A stretch of 63,482 nt of DNA, the filler included, from Reticulomyxa filosa (Eukaryota; Protista; Foraminifera): NCBI GenBank assembly GCA_000512085.1. It is 21 parts of 21 records of this genome, joined end to end, with 100 filler letters (N's around TTAATTAATTAA, not from the genome) between each part and the next. Parts side by side here need not be neighbours in the genome. Positions count along the whole stretch, not along the records: positions 11,905 to 13,157 come from ASPP01005455.1; positions 13,258 to 14,671 come from ASPP01026389.1; positions 14,772 to 17,569 come from ASPP01006447.1; positions 17,670 to 20,627 come from ASPP01021730.1; positions 20,728 to 26,077 come from ASPP01010563.1; 16 more parts are not named here. One strand, written 5' to 3'. Made by a program: the position numbers and the translations under genes. Numbering within the stretch: position 1 is the stretch's first letter; each line of letters opens with the position of its first letter. Shown piece after piece: positions 11,996 to 24,858 of the stretch. A model generated the notes under the pieces. It did not search any database. It saw only the letters and a program-made list of their open reading frames with translations, and was not told the DNA's origin.

Positions 11996-13157
11996 AGGAA
12001 TGCATTAGCGGATGGATTGTTTTATACAGTGGGCTTTACACTCTATTTTATCGTGTTATGGCTATGGTATTTCTTGGTTTGGGTACGCGAAAAGTCACGC
12101 GCTTCGGCGACGTCATTTGAACAAAAACAAATACCGCCTAAGGATGCTTACAACTTCCTTGTCCTTTTTGCTTTGACTGCTGGGTCACTCGGCGTCGTCG
12201 ATTTTGTAATATGGGTTTCACGTAAATGGTGTTCCAGGAATTGGGCTCGTCAATCGTATTATCATATTGCTTACAAAATTGGTTTACGTGTTCAAAATGA
12301 TCACAAAAACGATGATGTATATTTTCGTTTTTTTTCTTTTTTCCACACGCATACGTTCAAATTAAAAAAAAATAAAAAAAATCGTAATTTAAAAAAAAAA
12401 AAAACAAATGTAAAGAATATCGAATCAAAACTCACTAACACTATTTTGCAAGGATCTCTAAATGTAAATGTGAATGATGTAAATGTGAATGATGTAAATG
12501 TGAATGAAAATGAGAACAATGCAAGCTCAAGACGACTGAAAAGTCCATCCACTGAAGAAAAGAAAGCGTTGCCAAGACATCCACCAAAGCCAGGACAACT
12601 CTCACCCAACCATGAGAAAAAAAAATCGATATTGAAAAAGTTACAAATGTAATGAGAGACAAAAGGCAACACGTCGACATGTCGACACACAACATAAACA
12701 AACAAACAAATGCAAATGTGCTTGCACGTGTATGTGTGTGTATACAATTTGTGTGAAAATGGCAACAAATCGACAAAATGCGAATATCGAAATACCAACC
12801 AAAACATGATCAATCCAAAAGCATTTCTATGAAACAAGCGAAAGATGACACTGGTACAATCAATAGAGCATTACGACGAGAAGTTCTTGCATTTTTCACT
12901 GATGGCATCGCACAATCAGTAGAAAAGGCTAAACAATTAGCAAGAAGCACTGGCATTACTGCCAGCACCGTTCCAAGTCAGGACTTGTATCCTCAATCTC
13001 TTCACGACATGTCCGACTTGGCCATCCAACGGTATGTATTTCTATTTCTTCCTTTTTGCGACTCTTTGTGTCTCGTCTATGTCTCAACAACAACAACAAT
13101 AACATGATTAAAGCTTTGGACTACGAATCAAGTACAATATTGAGTTGATATCGAAGG
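11996..13157 (+). CDS. Hypothetical membrane protein fragment, multi-exon
   Basis: Two hydrophobic TM-like segments, an NV-repeat linker and further exons with GT-AG introns. No family recognised. Confidence 0.5.
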
Positions 13158-13257
13158 NNNNNNNNNNNNNNNNNNNNNNNNNNNNNNNNNNNNNNNNNNN
13201 NTTAATTAATTAANNNNNNNNNNNNNNNNNNNNNNNNNNNNNNNNNNNNNNNNNNNN

Positions 13258-14671
13258 CATGTCAATCCAAACATGATCTTTTTCATTGAAATCCCTTCCA
13301 AACTCGATATGTTTCCGGACACATTACACAATTTTTTTTATACCTTATGTTACAAAACGTCCTTTTCAAACGAAACAAAGCCCCCCCCATTTCGTATTGG
13401 AGACAAAGGTCACTTCAGCATCAAATGGATGGAAGAATTCTATTCCGGAAAATTAAAGTTTTGGGAAAGTTAAAAAAAAAAGACAAAAACAATGAGTTAC
13501 TAATCTTTTTTATTCAATAAAAATAAATAGACAACGTAATTTTGTAATAAATATTTTCAAAAATCTTAAACAAACCATCACAATGCCACTGGATATTGAT
13601 GTTGAAAACAAACCCAAATTGAGTCCCACGGCAATAAAAGAATTTATGCGAAAACATTTTTCGCGTTTGACACCCTCGAGTCCTTGGCATTATGTAATGT
13701 TCTTTAATTTTTTTTTGTGCAGTTTAATGTTTTGGCCAATTCGCAATTCCTTTTGGATAACTGCATTCCATTTCGACATGACGTGACCAAGTGTGCCATT
13801 GCACTCGCTACAGATTTGTGCTTGGAGTGTTATAATGAAAGTGATTCCAAAACGGTGTACAGACCGCAATTTAATTGGTGTGAAAAAGTGGAAACAATCA
13901 AAAGAAATACTGTTTCTTGCCAATCAAGATGGTATCCTATGTCTGCGTTTATGTACTGTGTACACGTTATTTGAAAGTACTTTTATTTTGTTTTTTTAAT
14001 TGATCGAAAAACAGGGAGCATTTCCTTGCTTGCTGCGACAACGGAGCAGCTGAAAGATAAGAGATTGGACCCTTTGAAACGAATTGATTGCCCCGTTATC
14101 GCGTGGGAGGAAGTAAATAATGTATGGAGTGATCAACAGAAAAAAGAAAGAATCAATTTTTTGTTTCGTGCCGTTGATGTTCCAAAGGAAAAGAGAAGTG
14201 AAATTCAAAAGCTGTGTGACAAAAATTTCGAACACTATGTGTTAACCTATGATAACATTTTGAAAATGCTGGCTATTCTTCTCAAAATTCGGTCCAATCT
14301 TCCGGTATATGTTTACTCTATCGATACAATAGCTTTGACAACAACAATAAAAAAGAATGTATATTTTCGAATATGTATTGTTTGTCTGATTGTCGATTGA
14401 TTGGATTGTGTATTTTATTGACAGGTTGTTTTGATGGGAGAAACGTTATGTTGTATACTTTTTTTGCGTGAAGTCAGACGCAAACTGTTTGAAACAAATT
14501 GACAAACAATACAACACAAAAAATAGAGGATGTGGAAAAACAGCATTGATAAAATATCTTGCATGTGCAGTAGATGTTCATTTGGAAGCAGTAGATATCC
14601 ATGGAGGTATTGAAAGAACTCACATCCGTGACATTGTTCAAAGATGCAAAGAGTTGCAAAGAATGGATAAC
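13258..14671 (+). CDS. RNF213 (mysterin)-like dynein-related AAA+ ATPase fragment, with two apparent frameshifts
   Basis: YVLTYDNILKMLAILLKIRSNLP|VVLMGET|GCGKTALIKYLA...DIHGG closely parallels RNF213 YELTxDNMLKILAI...PVIIMGETGCGKT. The Walker A motif is split by an intron. Confidence 0.85.
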
Positions 14672-14771
14672 NNNNNNNNNNNNNNNNNNNNNNNNNNNNN
14701 NNNNNNNNNNNNNNNTTAATTAATTAANNNNNNNNNNNNNNNNNNNNNNNNNNNNNNNNNNNNNNNNNNNN

Positions 14772-14878
14772 TTTTAAATAAAAAAATTATGTCTAAATGT
14801 TGATTTTTCTATGGAGAAAATCAATTATCATCATATGATATCGTTTTATGCGTTCAGTTTTATTTGCAACCTACTGTA
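14772..14878 (-). mobile_element. Tc1/mariner TIR (type A)
   Basis: Reads ...GCGTTCAGTTTTATTTGCAACCTACTG-TA, matching 8990-9067. Confidence 0.85.
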
Positions 14879-14879
14879 G

Positions 14880-15940
14880 TTATTGAAGTCGTCATAGTTG
14901 GAAGAGACCAGGAGCACCACTTACCGAAAATGCAATCATAAAAATCATCAAAATTTAGTATTTGAGCATAATCTTGTGGCCTTGCTTTGGAGTATTAGTA
15001 CATGGCTATGCATGTAAAATTGATTGATTTGTCAATGCATATATTTACAAAGAAATTCTATTTGATGAAATGCTAAAAACATTAACTTATGTTTTAAGAT
15101 AATGAATATTTGATATTTCAGCAAGATAATGCCAACAGCCAAACAGCAATTACAGTAAAAGAATATTTTGAACAAAATTTTATCAAAGTATTGGATTTCA
15201 CTCCAAATTCTCCAGACCTGGACACAATCGAAAATCTGCTGTATATAGTAAAAAAAATATACAAAAATGGACCATTCAGATCAAAAGAAGAACTATGTAA
15301 ACAACTTGAATTAGAATGTGAAAAAATTGACAAAGAAACATGAACAAACTTAACAAAATCAACACCACAGCGAATACAAGCATTATAAGTCAAATATGAC
15401 TTAATAAAGTGGTAATTTTCACTAAAAAAATCTTACTACAAAAAAAATTTTTAGTTATTATGCTTTTGAATTAACTTGATTTGTTGGTATTGGACAAAAA
15501 AAAGGCAAAAAAACAATAATGAGCGTAGACAAAACAAATTGTAGTTAAAAACAATCATGCCTTTGTATCTACGAACTTTGAAAATAACATTAAATTTTCA
15601 ATAACAAAAAATTTAGCTTTCTCAAAAACTACTCAACGTAGAATACTAATGTTAAAAAATATCTACGTATCGAGCACTTTCTGAAAATACTTTTAAAAAA
15701 GTTGGCAATTCATTATTACTATTGTCAATTTTTTCTCGAAAATTCTCAAAAATCAATAAAATATTCCAATTTTTTAAACAATTAGTAAATATATAATAAA
15801 AACCAAAATGATATTTAAAAACTACACTATTCGTATATATTTTTAAAAATTAGATCTGGATATTGTTTTTTCATGAAGAAAATCAATCATCTATATAAAG
15901 TACCGTTTTATGTATCAACTTTACTTTGCATTCTAATGTA
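14880..15940 (+). mobile_element. Decayed Tc1 (DD34E) element: 3' transposase part plus right TIR (type B)
   Basis: FQQDNA...PNSPDLDTIENL has 34 residues between the D and the E, and there is an in-frame TGA at about 15341. The right end (15860-15940) is the reverse complement of the TIR at 55618-55702. Confidence 0.88.
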
Positions 15941-16949
15941 GTTTCTGTTGATTTTATAATATTGAATTAACGACGATCAATATAGTTTTTTGCATTTGTC
16001 GTTGCAGGAATTATTAAACAAAAATTTACAAACAAAAAGATGATTCAAAGAATGGAAACAATCGGTAAAATAACTGTTTATTGGCAATGTTCTTTGCTTC
16101 GATGTTCTTCTTCAGTCATTGTTTTTTTATTTTGCAAAGGAAAGTCATGTTGCAAGTGTATTCATTTGCAGATGGATTCTTATCACTTTCTTTTAGAAAA
16201 AGAAAATTGTGCACATACTTTTTTGCTATGTTGAAAGACACATGGATTGAAAATAGTTAGCTGGTGCATTATCTTCAGTTAAAATGTTTTAGTTTTAGTA
16301 TTTTTTTGTTTTGTTTTTATTGGAAGTTGTATCGAAAATGTTAGTTGTTTCTTTTGTGTCTACCACTCCGAAGATTTAAACATCTTGGACTGAGTATAAC
16401 TTTTTTTTCTGAAACAATCAACACGTCTGATGTCATAATATGTATATTTCTTATGATCCTGTTTGCCGTTTATGTCAACAAAAAATATTTTCCGAACTGC
16501 TTTTGTTAATGAAACTACACCTTATTTAGATAGTCTTTCAAAGTATTAGTTTTCTGCTTTTGCAAATTTGAACGCTGACAATTGTTAGTTTTTTTTATTC
16601 AAGAAAAAAGAGTTTGTGTGCTGTACAACAGAAAAAAAAACAAAAACAAAATGATCTTTTCCTTCCGGTTTATTTTATTTTATTTTGAATTGAAAAGGTT
16701 TATTCTTTTCACTTATACTTGTATATTGAAAACAAAACCGTCATTCGTTCGACAAAAATAATTGTTGTCAAATTTTATTTTGTAATTTAAAACATGTAAG
16801 AAGAGCTAATACCCGGACCATCAGCAGACAAAAATGATGAGATAATGCAACGACAAAAAGTAGTTGACGGGTACGTAAATGTTCGTGTTTTAAAAATTTT
16901 CCGAATATTTTTTCCTTTTTAATCTCTTACAGTATAAATTGATTAAAAA

Positions 16950-17569
16950 ATGGATTTATATCAAGCACAACGCAGGCCGTTCAATCCTGCAGACCGATCA
17001 GGGGAAAATGTGTCGTTTGTAAATGGAGCGACGTCGGCAGGCTACAACATGCCTCCGCTTCAAAACCTACAATCGCCAATTCACAATCTGCAATCTCCTA
17101 TAAAATCGTCCCCCAGTATGAGCATGACGAAAAGTTCGCGGGTGACACCAGTACCAAATCAGTTACTATTCAATGCAGAGCACCCACAGTCATTGCCAGT
17201 GTCAGGACTGTCAATACCAATGCCAAGCGCAATGTCACCGGGAGTGAGCAGGAACCAAGCAGCGACAGTTGGGAACAATGGAATGGCAAGTATCACACTA
17301 TTTTCTCCAGGGTCAATTCAAGTGGGAGGAGGAGACATTGATACCAATGTCTACAATTCCTACCATTTGCCCGCCAAAGCCATGTCACCCAATCCCGTTT
17401 CCGCCGCGGCCTCCACACCTGCATCGGCAATAGCGACAGCCAACCTTCAAGTACCTTCCAGTGCAAATGCAAATATGGGTTCTACTTTGCAAAACCAAAG
17501 TCAAAGTCTAAATTCAAATTCAAATTCAAATTCAAATTCAAATTCAAATCCAAATTCAAATTCAAATTC
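16950..17569 (+). CDS. Low-complexity S/P/N-rich hypothetical protein, 5' part
   Basis: Open ORF of more than 200 codons with raised GC, running into an (AATTCA)n NS-repeat at the contig edge. Confidence 0.6.
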
Positions 17570-17669
17570 NNNNNNNNNNNNNNNNNNNNNNNNNNNNNNN
17601 NNNNNNNNNNNNNTTAATTAATTAANNNNNNNNNNNNNNNNNNNNNNNNNNNNNNNNNNNNNNNNNNNN

Positions 17670-19008
17670 GGACATAGTATGCATATCATTGTTGCCCACA
17701 AATGTTTGCATTTGAGTTGGAGTAATTTGTGGATGAATATAATATTACAATGATAGCCAGTTTGGACGAATGTTATATTGAAGGCTAAGCGCCTGTTGAG
17801 ATCATGCATGTGGTAATATAGTGCTATTTGCACAAGAGGATAGGCACCACGATCAACTTGTTCGTCGGCTGCGTTGTCACATATTTTTCCTCATTTGCGC
17901 TAACAGCGACTCTATCACATCAAAAGCATTTATGTGCCATGAAATGATAACGACGGACTTGCCGTCACAGTTTGCTCCAGCAATTGCAGCTAGTTGGACA
18001 TCCATTCCAAGTATACGTTGTTCTTCCATTTTCCATTTATCAACAGCAGTCGCAATATCTATTTTTTTTTATTTGTTTGTTCTTAAACAAAAAAGAAAGT
18101 AAAAAAAAAAAAAAGACTTAACATTGCAACATTGAACAATGCTTTCAAAATTGCGGCAAAGTTGTGGGTGACATGCTTTGGACGAGTTGAGCTTTGCGCA
18201 AGTTTGTACTTGATACTTGCTTGGATGGTGCAGCGAGACTTGGAGAAAAAAAATCTTCTGCTGTTGCAGATAATGCTGGCAGTTGGATTTGCGCTTGTGC
18301 CCGTGTTGTACCCGAAACAATTGATCACAGCCAACGTCCACAATCGATACTTGCTCCTGGCTGTTGTACGTTCTTTTCGACCGTGGCGTACTTATTATTG
18401 CATCCACTTTGCTATTTTTCAACACGCTGTTATTATTAATTTTTTAAAAAAAAATCATTTCTAAATAAGATCAATAACATACACAATTCATCATCTCCAC
18501 TTCCTATCTCTTGATCTACGTACACCTCCCCTTTTTTATTTTTTAATGACCATTTTTTTTCATTTAGACTTTGTGTCACTGTTATATACCTGAATGTCGC
18601 TGATGTGAATGTCAATTTGCATGTTGTCAATTGTATGGTTGAAATAGATATGAGTATATTCATTGTCGACGTTTTGGATTCCAAGTTCTTTTTGAAATGC
18701 TTTATGTTGGCACTCAGAGCGCTTTGGAAAATACGTATAATTTTGTTTGTTGATTGCATCGACTCATTGTTGAAAATTTGCAATGCTGATGCGCTTGTCA
18801 TATTGTTGTAGAATTGTAAATATTGCTCGCACTTCCACGTTTCCAATTTCCACAAGTGGTTGAGCAACATATCGCGTGATATTGCCAGTATGCTTATGTT
18901 ACTGTGTTGAGTGAAGCGTTTTTGTCTGTTCGCCCAGCTGCAATTGCTTGTATTTATCTCACTTGCACTTGATACATGCAGCACCACCAACACCAGCGAC
19001 GATTTCAT
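17670..19008 (-). pseudogene. Unknown divergent multigene family, member B (signal-peptide-like start, frameshifted)
   Basis: Starts MKSSLVLVVLHVSSA and contains WKCEQYLQFYNNMTSASALQIFNN. The downstream exon-like blocks (GCDQLF and others) change frame. There is an intron-like GT...T-run...A-run-AG at about 18059-18117. Confidence 0.5.
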
Positions 19009-19106
19009 GTTGCCGCTTAACTAACCAAAGGACTTACTCAAGATTTTTCCTCTGTTTGTCCCCTCCACTTCTACTAGGCACACCGAAACGGAAGGATATT
19101 CAATGA
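19004..19106 (-). promoter_or_regulatory. Conserved upstream leader, copy B
   Basis: Reads TTCCGTTTCGGTGTGCC...GGAGGGGACAAAC...GGAAAAA...GCGGCAACATGAA. Confidence 0.6.
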
Positions 19107-19749
19107 GCAATAAAACTACTTTAAGATAAAAATAAGAAAAAATTTGTGGCAAACGAGTGTATTTGTAAAACTTTAAATGGATTGCAAAAGATTTATGGAA
19201 ATATCAAGTTGATTGAAAAATGAATTTGTTTTGTTACATTCACTATAGCTCAAGGCGAAAACAGTTGATCCTTTTCTATTTAAAAATTCTTTTCACTTAG
19301 AAGATGAATATAAGTAGATTAAAAAAAAACATAGTCTTCAATCAAAGAAAAAAAAATGTAAATGGAAAAAGCTTTAGTAAATATTTCAACCATTTCCAAA
19401 AAAAAAATAAGGCAAGCATGTCGGAGCATCCACGCGTGCAGAAATTTTCTCTTAATATTTCTTCTATCTTTAATATAATCAAATTTATATCTGTGTATGT
19501 GTTTGTGTATATCACAATCGTTTTACACTTTATTCTTTTTTTTTTTTGATTGGGTGAGAAAATAGATAATCTAAAAAAAATTGATTAGTTGCATTTTGAC
19601 TTGTGGACAAGTGAACAAGATGAGAAATCCATCCAAAAAAAGATACCTTTGAAGCTTATCGTCGTCTCACACGTTCCATCAAACTGTCATTTGATGTCAT
19701 TCTTTAATAAATCTAATCGGGCTGAGATAAGCTTCGCAAGAGAACGAAT

Positions 19750-20330
19750 GCTCTTTGAATCAAGCAAAAATTTCCCAAACTTTGACACGTTCGTCAAAAT
19801 TTCTCAAAAAAGTGAAAAACTTGATACTCAGCATCTCTCCGAATATCATTATCTAACCAACTCCAATTGTGGCCATGACTTTGATAAAATAAGGGTTCAT
19901 GTGTTTGGGGATCGAAACATCATTTCATTGATCTTTTCAACAATATATTCCGAGTTGCGATCGGTCATTACAATGATCAGTTTGACCAAGTGAGCGAATT
20001 CTTCCTTTGAAAGGTACTTCAATTGGACGTGGTCAATAAGCCAAAGATGTCCATCGGGCATAAGCAAGATGTTGTTAAGGTGAATGTCTTCATTGAACCT
20101 CCCATTTTTGAAAATTTGATACTCGTGTACCAAAATTGTCTTAAGAAAAAGCACCACATTGAGCACCAAGAGCCCACCATACGAGAGACAGGGCACAGAC
20201 GCTGACAGGCTGTCAGGCCACGTTAGCTGGATAAACAGCAAGGTAAGCATACAATTGAATAAAGCGTTAGCACGTTATGAAAATCTCTTAGCTTCTTTAT
20301 TGTATAAGAGGAAAGAAAGATTATCATGCA
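19750..20330 (-). pseudogene. Degenerate ABC1/UbiB (ADCK)-like atypical kinase fragment
   Basis: YQIFKNGRFNEDIHLNNILLMPDGHLWLIDHVQ resembles the ABC1 pattern QIFxxGFFHADPHPGN...LIDFG. The motifs are corrupted and flanked by stops. Confidence 0.6.
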
Positions 20331-21710
20331 ACAAACATGAAGGGGGAGAAAAAAGTTCGTCAAAGCAACAAAAGTGCATGAATGTGGAAACATAAATTAC
20401 AATTTGAAGTTAAAATAATTTTTAAAAATAAATAAGTTAGTAATTTTTGAACAAAAATTGAAAGTTATTTTTTTTTCGGGCTTGATAATGAGAGCGGAAC
20501 GGGTCATGAGATTTAAAAAAAAAATTTTTTGATGTTATAATCGATAATCTTTTAAAGTACAAACAACCAACAAAAAAAAAAATATGCTGAAAAAGATCGT
20601 GTCATTGTGGTGGGTGTTATGGTGTAGNNNNNNNNNNNNNNNNNNNNNNNNNNNNNNNNNNNNNNNNNNNNTTAATTAATTAANNNNNNNNNNNNNNNNN
20701 NNNNNNNNNNNNNNNNNNNNNNNNNNNAAAAAAAAAAAACCTACTTTTGTTTTCTATGAACCCCCCCCCCCTTTTTTTTTTTTTAATGTCACACATGTAT
20801 ACACCACTACTTGTTGGCTTCCCATGTCTGCCATTCGAGCATGCTGCATTTGCTGCACGTTCAAATGTAACCATGGAAATTGAAGTGCCTTTGTGGTTTT
20901 TGAAATGAAGAGACACTCATCTTCTCTCGCGTCATTTGTACCATTTGGTCCATTTGCGCTCTCATTGCCAATTACATATGTCGTATATTGTCGCTGTAGA
21001 GCTACTGGAGCAAACAATGAACATCGAGACCTTGTCAGTTTTGTTGTTATTCCTTACTTTGTTTCTTCCCCTTTCGCTCAAACTGGTTCTTTTTTTTTTT
21101 TTTTTTAAAACAAAAATCATTGGGTTTGATTCATATGTTTAACAAAAAACTGCTGTCTAAGTCGAGCGTCGCAAAAATGTAAATAAGAAAAGTCTTGGCT
21201 CGAAAAGTTATAATGCTCTTTTTCCTCATTTTCCGTTCCAAAAGATTTTTTCGGGCCAATAGGATCTGACATAGAAGAAAAACTCATTCTTGTATGCTCT
21301 GTAATGATTCACAATTTGCTTTTCCCCTGTAACCAAAACCAAATAGTGCAAAAGCGCCAGGGGTTTTTCCTTTTTTTTGGATTTAGTTTCTTCGTTATAC
21401 AGTCAATCTTTTGTTTTTAATGGCAGACGTATATTTTTTACAATAACATTCGTTTTTGTTATTATTTTACGCGTTGCTATTGCCAGACAAATTGTCATTT
21501 ATTGAATGATAAAAGTTACTCGATAATATCAACACCCTTTTGAAAATACTTTTGAAAATAAGTTATAAGATATTTGTTTAATTTATCGTTTGTGTTGTCA
21601 AAGTTTTGACACCTTTTTTATTGGTCTTGGAACAAAAAAAGTTCAAACATTTTTCATCTTACATCATCGAAGATACTACTCAAAACAAGTCGAAAATAAC
21701 TACTCTTAGA

Positions 21711-22650
21711 AATGAAAAACAAAATTCAACGTGGCAAGAATTGTTAAGCTTTAGCTTTCAAAAAGGTCAGTTGTAGTTTCTTGTACATGCTTTGCAATTT
21801 AATCAGTCAAAAGAAAGATTCAAATAATTATCAAACATTGGATTCGAATATTACACATTAAACTTGAATGGACTAATAATTTTGACAAACTTACTGTCAA
21901 CTATGTTAAATTTATTTGAAAGTATTTATTTGATAAATATTGCGTTAATAACACAATTTAACATAGATATTACTGTTTTCAGTCTTAACAAGTTTTGTTC
22001 ATCATCCAAATTACTCAAAACGTTCAATGGAAACAATATTAATGTGATATATTTATTATTCAATATTCAATGATTGTTAACTCATTTGCTCTGAATCAAA
22101 TGATAATACAGTTCGTGTATGGTATATCAAAGATAACTAACAATTGCAAGTATTAATGAACATTCTGTTTGTGTTGGTGTTATTGAATTTTCGCCATTTA
22201 ATGATATTTGTGTTCTGGATCATATGATGCAACCATTCGAATATTAATATTGAAACAAATAAGCAATTGTTTATATCTAAAATACTAATCGTTATATAAG
22301 TTGTGTAAAGCACTGATTAAAATAATATTATTTGGATCATGGGATAATGTGTCAGTTTGTGAGATATTCGATCCAGTCAAGAAATTCAAGTGTTCAGGAC
22401 ATACATGCTATATGGGTGTTGAATATTCTCTATTTGTAGTAAATAATTAAAAAACTGGTGATCGTTCAAATGTAATATGTTCTGGATCAAGTGATAATAC
22501 AATTTGTTTTTGGGATATTCGATCAAATAAGAAGGAATTGCATATTATAAGTGGAGATAATGGAATATTCTGCTTAAAATTTTTAGTATTCAATAAAAAA
22601 AGTCGTTTGTGTTATGGCTCACATAAGGTCCTATTTGTATTTGGGGGTAG
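21711..22650 (+). pseudogene. WD40-repeat pseudogene
   Basis: Contains HWIRILHIKLEWTNNFDKL, FCSSSKLLKTFNG, ICSGSSDNTICFWDIRS and a ...PICIWG end, broken by many stops and frameshifts. Confidence 0.8.
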
Positions 22651-23225
22651 TAGCGTTTTGTTCAATAACAAAAAATTTTTAATTTTTGTTTGAATTCAAT
22701 CAAGTAAATTTTTTCAAACATTTTACTTCTCCACTTGTATATTCTATTTGCAAATATTTCTAACATTTAAAACATTACCGAGACGATGAGATAGTTGAAT
22801 ATAAAACGTCGCAAAAATATTACATATCTGTAACAACGTGCAATATTCTATGTTCAATAAGTGGATGATTTTAACTGTAAAAGAAGTATTTTTATTCGAA
22901 TTTAATATACAAATGAAGTTGTTTTATTTTTTGTGCAGTAATTAAACATGAGCTATAACTCGATTTAATGTAGTTCTTCTTTCGAATGCAAAAAATTATT
23001 TTGATTTGAAACCCTTAATTCCGTCTCGAAAAAGTAGTATCACTTGAAAGAATCTAAAAAATCGTAGACACTCTGTTAGCCTAAACAAAAAATTTGTTCG
23101 TGTTTGTTGCCTTTAAGATGTATTAGAGTATTCAATGAATGTAAGGTATTTGTATCGTCACTTAATGACTTAGTTTTATCTAGCTACAAATTTTTTATAA
23201 AAAAATCTCTCTTTGGTATTGCGTG

Positions 23226-24412
23226 TCATCCCCATAGGTAAACTGTTCCATCATCACAGCCAGATACAATAGTTTGGCCATCGGATGGAACATCTAGTCC
23301 CGACAGCCAAGAGAGATGTCCTTCTAGTATCTGAACTGCTTTTCCTGTTTTTACGTCCCACACTCGAATTGTCATATCATGAGAAGAGGATATAATGGTT
23401 TGGCCTCCTGACAGATATTTTACATTGTTAACGATATTCGAATGTCCTTTTAGTTTTTGTATTTGCATCCCTGATGTAACATCCCATATTCGAATAGTTC
23501 CGTCAACGGAACACGAAACAATGAATCGACCATCTGGAGAAAACTGAGACTTTATTACTTGTCCGGAGTGTCCTTTTAACACCTTCAATTTTTCACCTGA
23601 TCTCACATGCCAAATTTCAATTTTTGAAGTGGTTAAGGATGATACAATCGACTGACCATCCGGTGAAAACTCCACATCATTTACAAATCCAGACCTTTTA
23701 TTCTGTATCTTTTTAATTTCTTTTCCGGATTTCATGCACCACAATCGAATGGTCCCATCCCATGATCCAGACACTATTGAATTTTCATCTGGCGAAAACT
23801 GAACGCTTCGCACTCGGAAAGTGTGTCCTTGAAATTTTCTTAATTCTCTTCCTGATTTCACATCCCAAAGTCGAATTGTTTTATCAGCTGAACATGACAA
23901 CAGTTTTTTACCATTTGATGAAAATTGAAGGTCAGAGATTTTGTCTGAATGATCTTTCAACACTTGAATAGTCCTGAATTTCCTATTAAATATCTCAATT
24001 TTGAAATCATTGAAAGATACGGCGATTCTTGTGCCATCTCCTGAAAATTTCACGTAAGAAACACCTTCGGAATATTTATAAAATTCTGGTAATTTTTTAT
24101 AGTATTTGGCCTATTTTATTTGTTTATTTTATTACAAATCCAATAATTAATCTTGTGCACATAAAGATACTTAGCAGCATATAAGGCGATCATTTTATTG
24201 AAATCATTAATCCATCCGATTCGAATCGAAAGCAAGCGAATCCAATGTTCTAAAATAATTGTAACTTTTTGTTCATCCTGTTATAAAAAAAAGATTACTT
24301 CGATTTACAATTGTTTCACTTTCTGTGGGCAACATTAAAGAATAAATAAAGGCAACTAGTACGTTGAATGCGTGCGTCACCGCCCTAGATTTTGAAGCTG
24401 TGTTTCCCACTG
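23226..24412 (-). CDS. WD40-repeat protein (~7 blades) with an N-terminal helical HWIR motif
   Basis: Large intact exon of GH...WD repeats ending in YLWG*. An upstream exon encodes IILEHWIRLLSIRIGWINDFNKMIALY. The first exon is unresolved. Confidence 0.88.
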
Positions 24413-24858
24413 TTGCAAAATATATTAAATAAAAAAGGAAGATTGAATATATCCATGAGAGTTCCCAAAAGAATAGAAAGCTAAACTTTCATCCAAACCC
24501 AAATTTGAGCGTTTTTCAGTAAAAAAAACTCTTGTGGTATTCTGAGTGCTCACTGAGAAGGAAGTGTTTGATTAATTACAACTAAGCCATGCTAAATGAT
24601 GAAATAAAACAAACATATTGTTAGACTTACTGAAATCTTGATATCAACAATCAAAGCGAATGTTAAAAAAAGCTAAGATAGCGCAAAAAACAAAACTAAT
24701 TCCACTTCTTTTGATGCCACATTTAGCTATGCTTGTTATTATCATTGATCAAGCTAAACAAAAAATTTGGGACCATCCATTCAAACAAAAAACTATCAAA
24801 ATAACGATAATAATTTCATCATAAACTAATACGGCAATCAACATTCATCTATTGTCAA

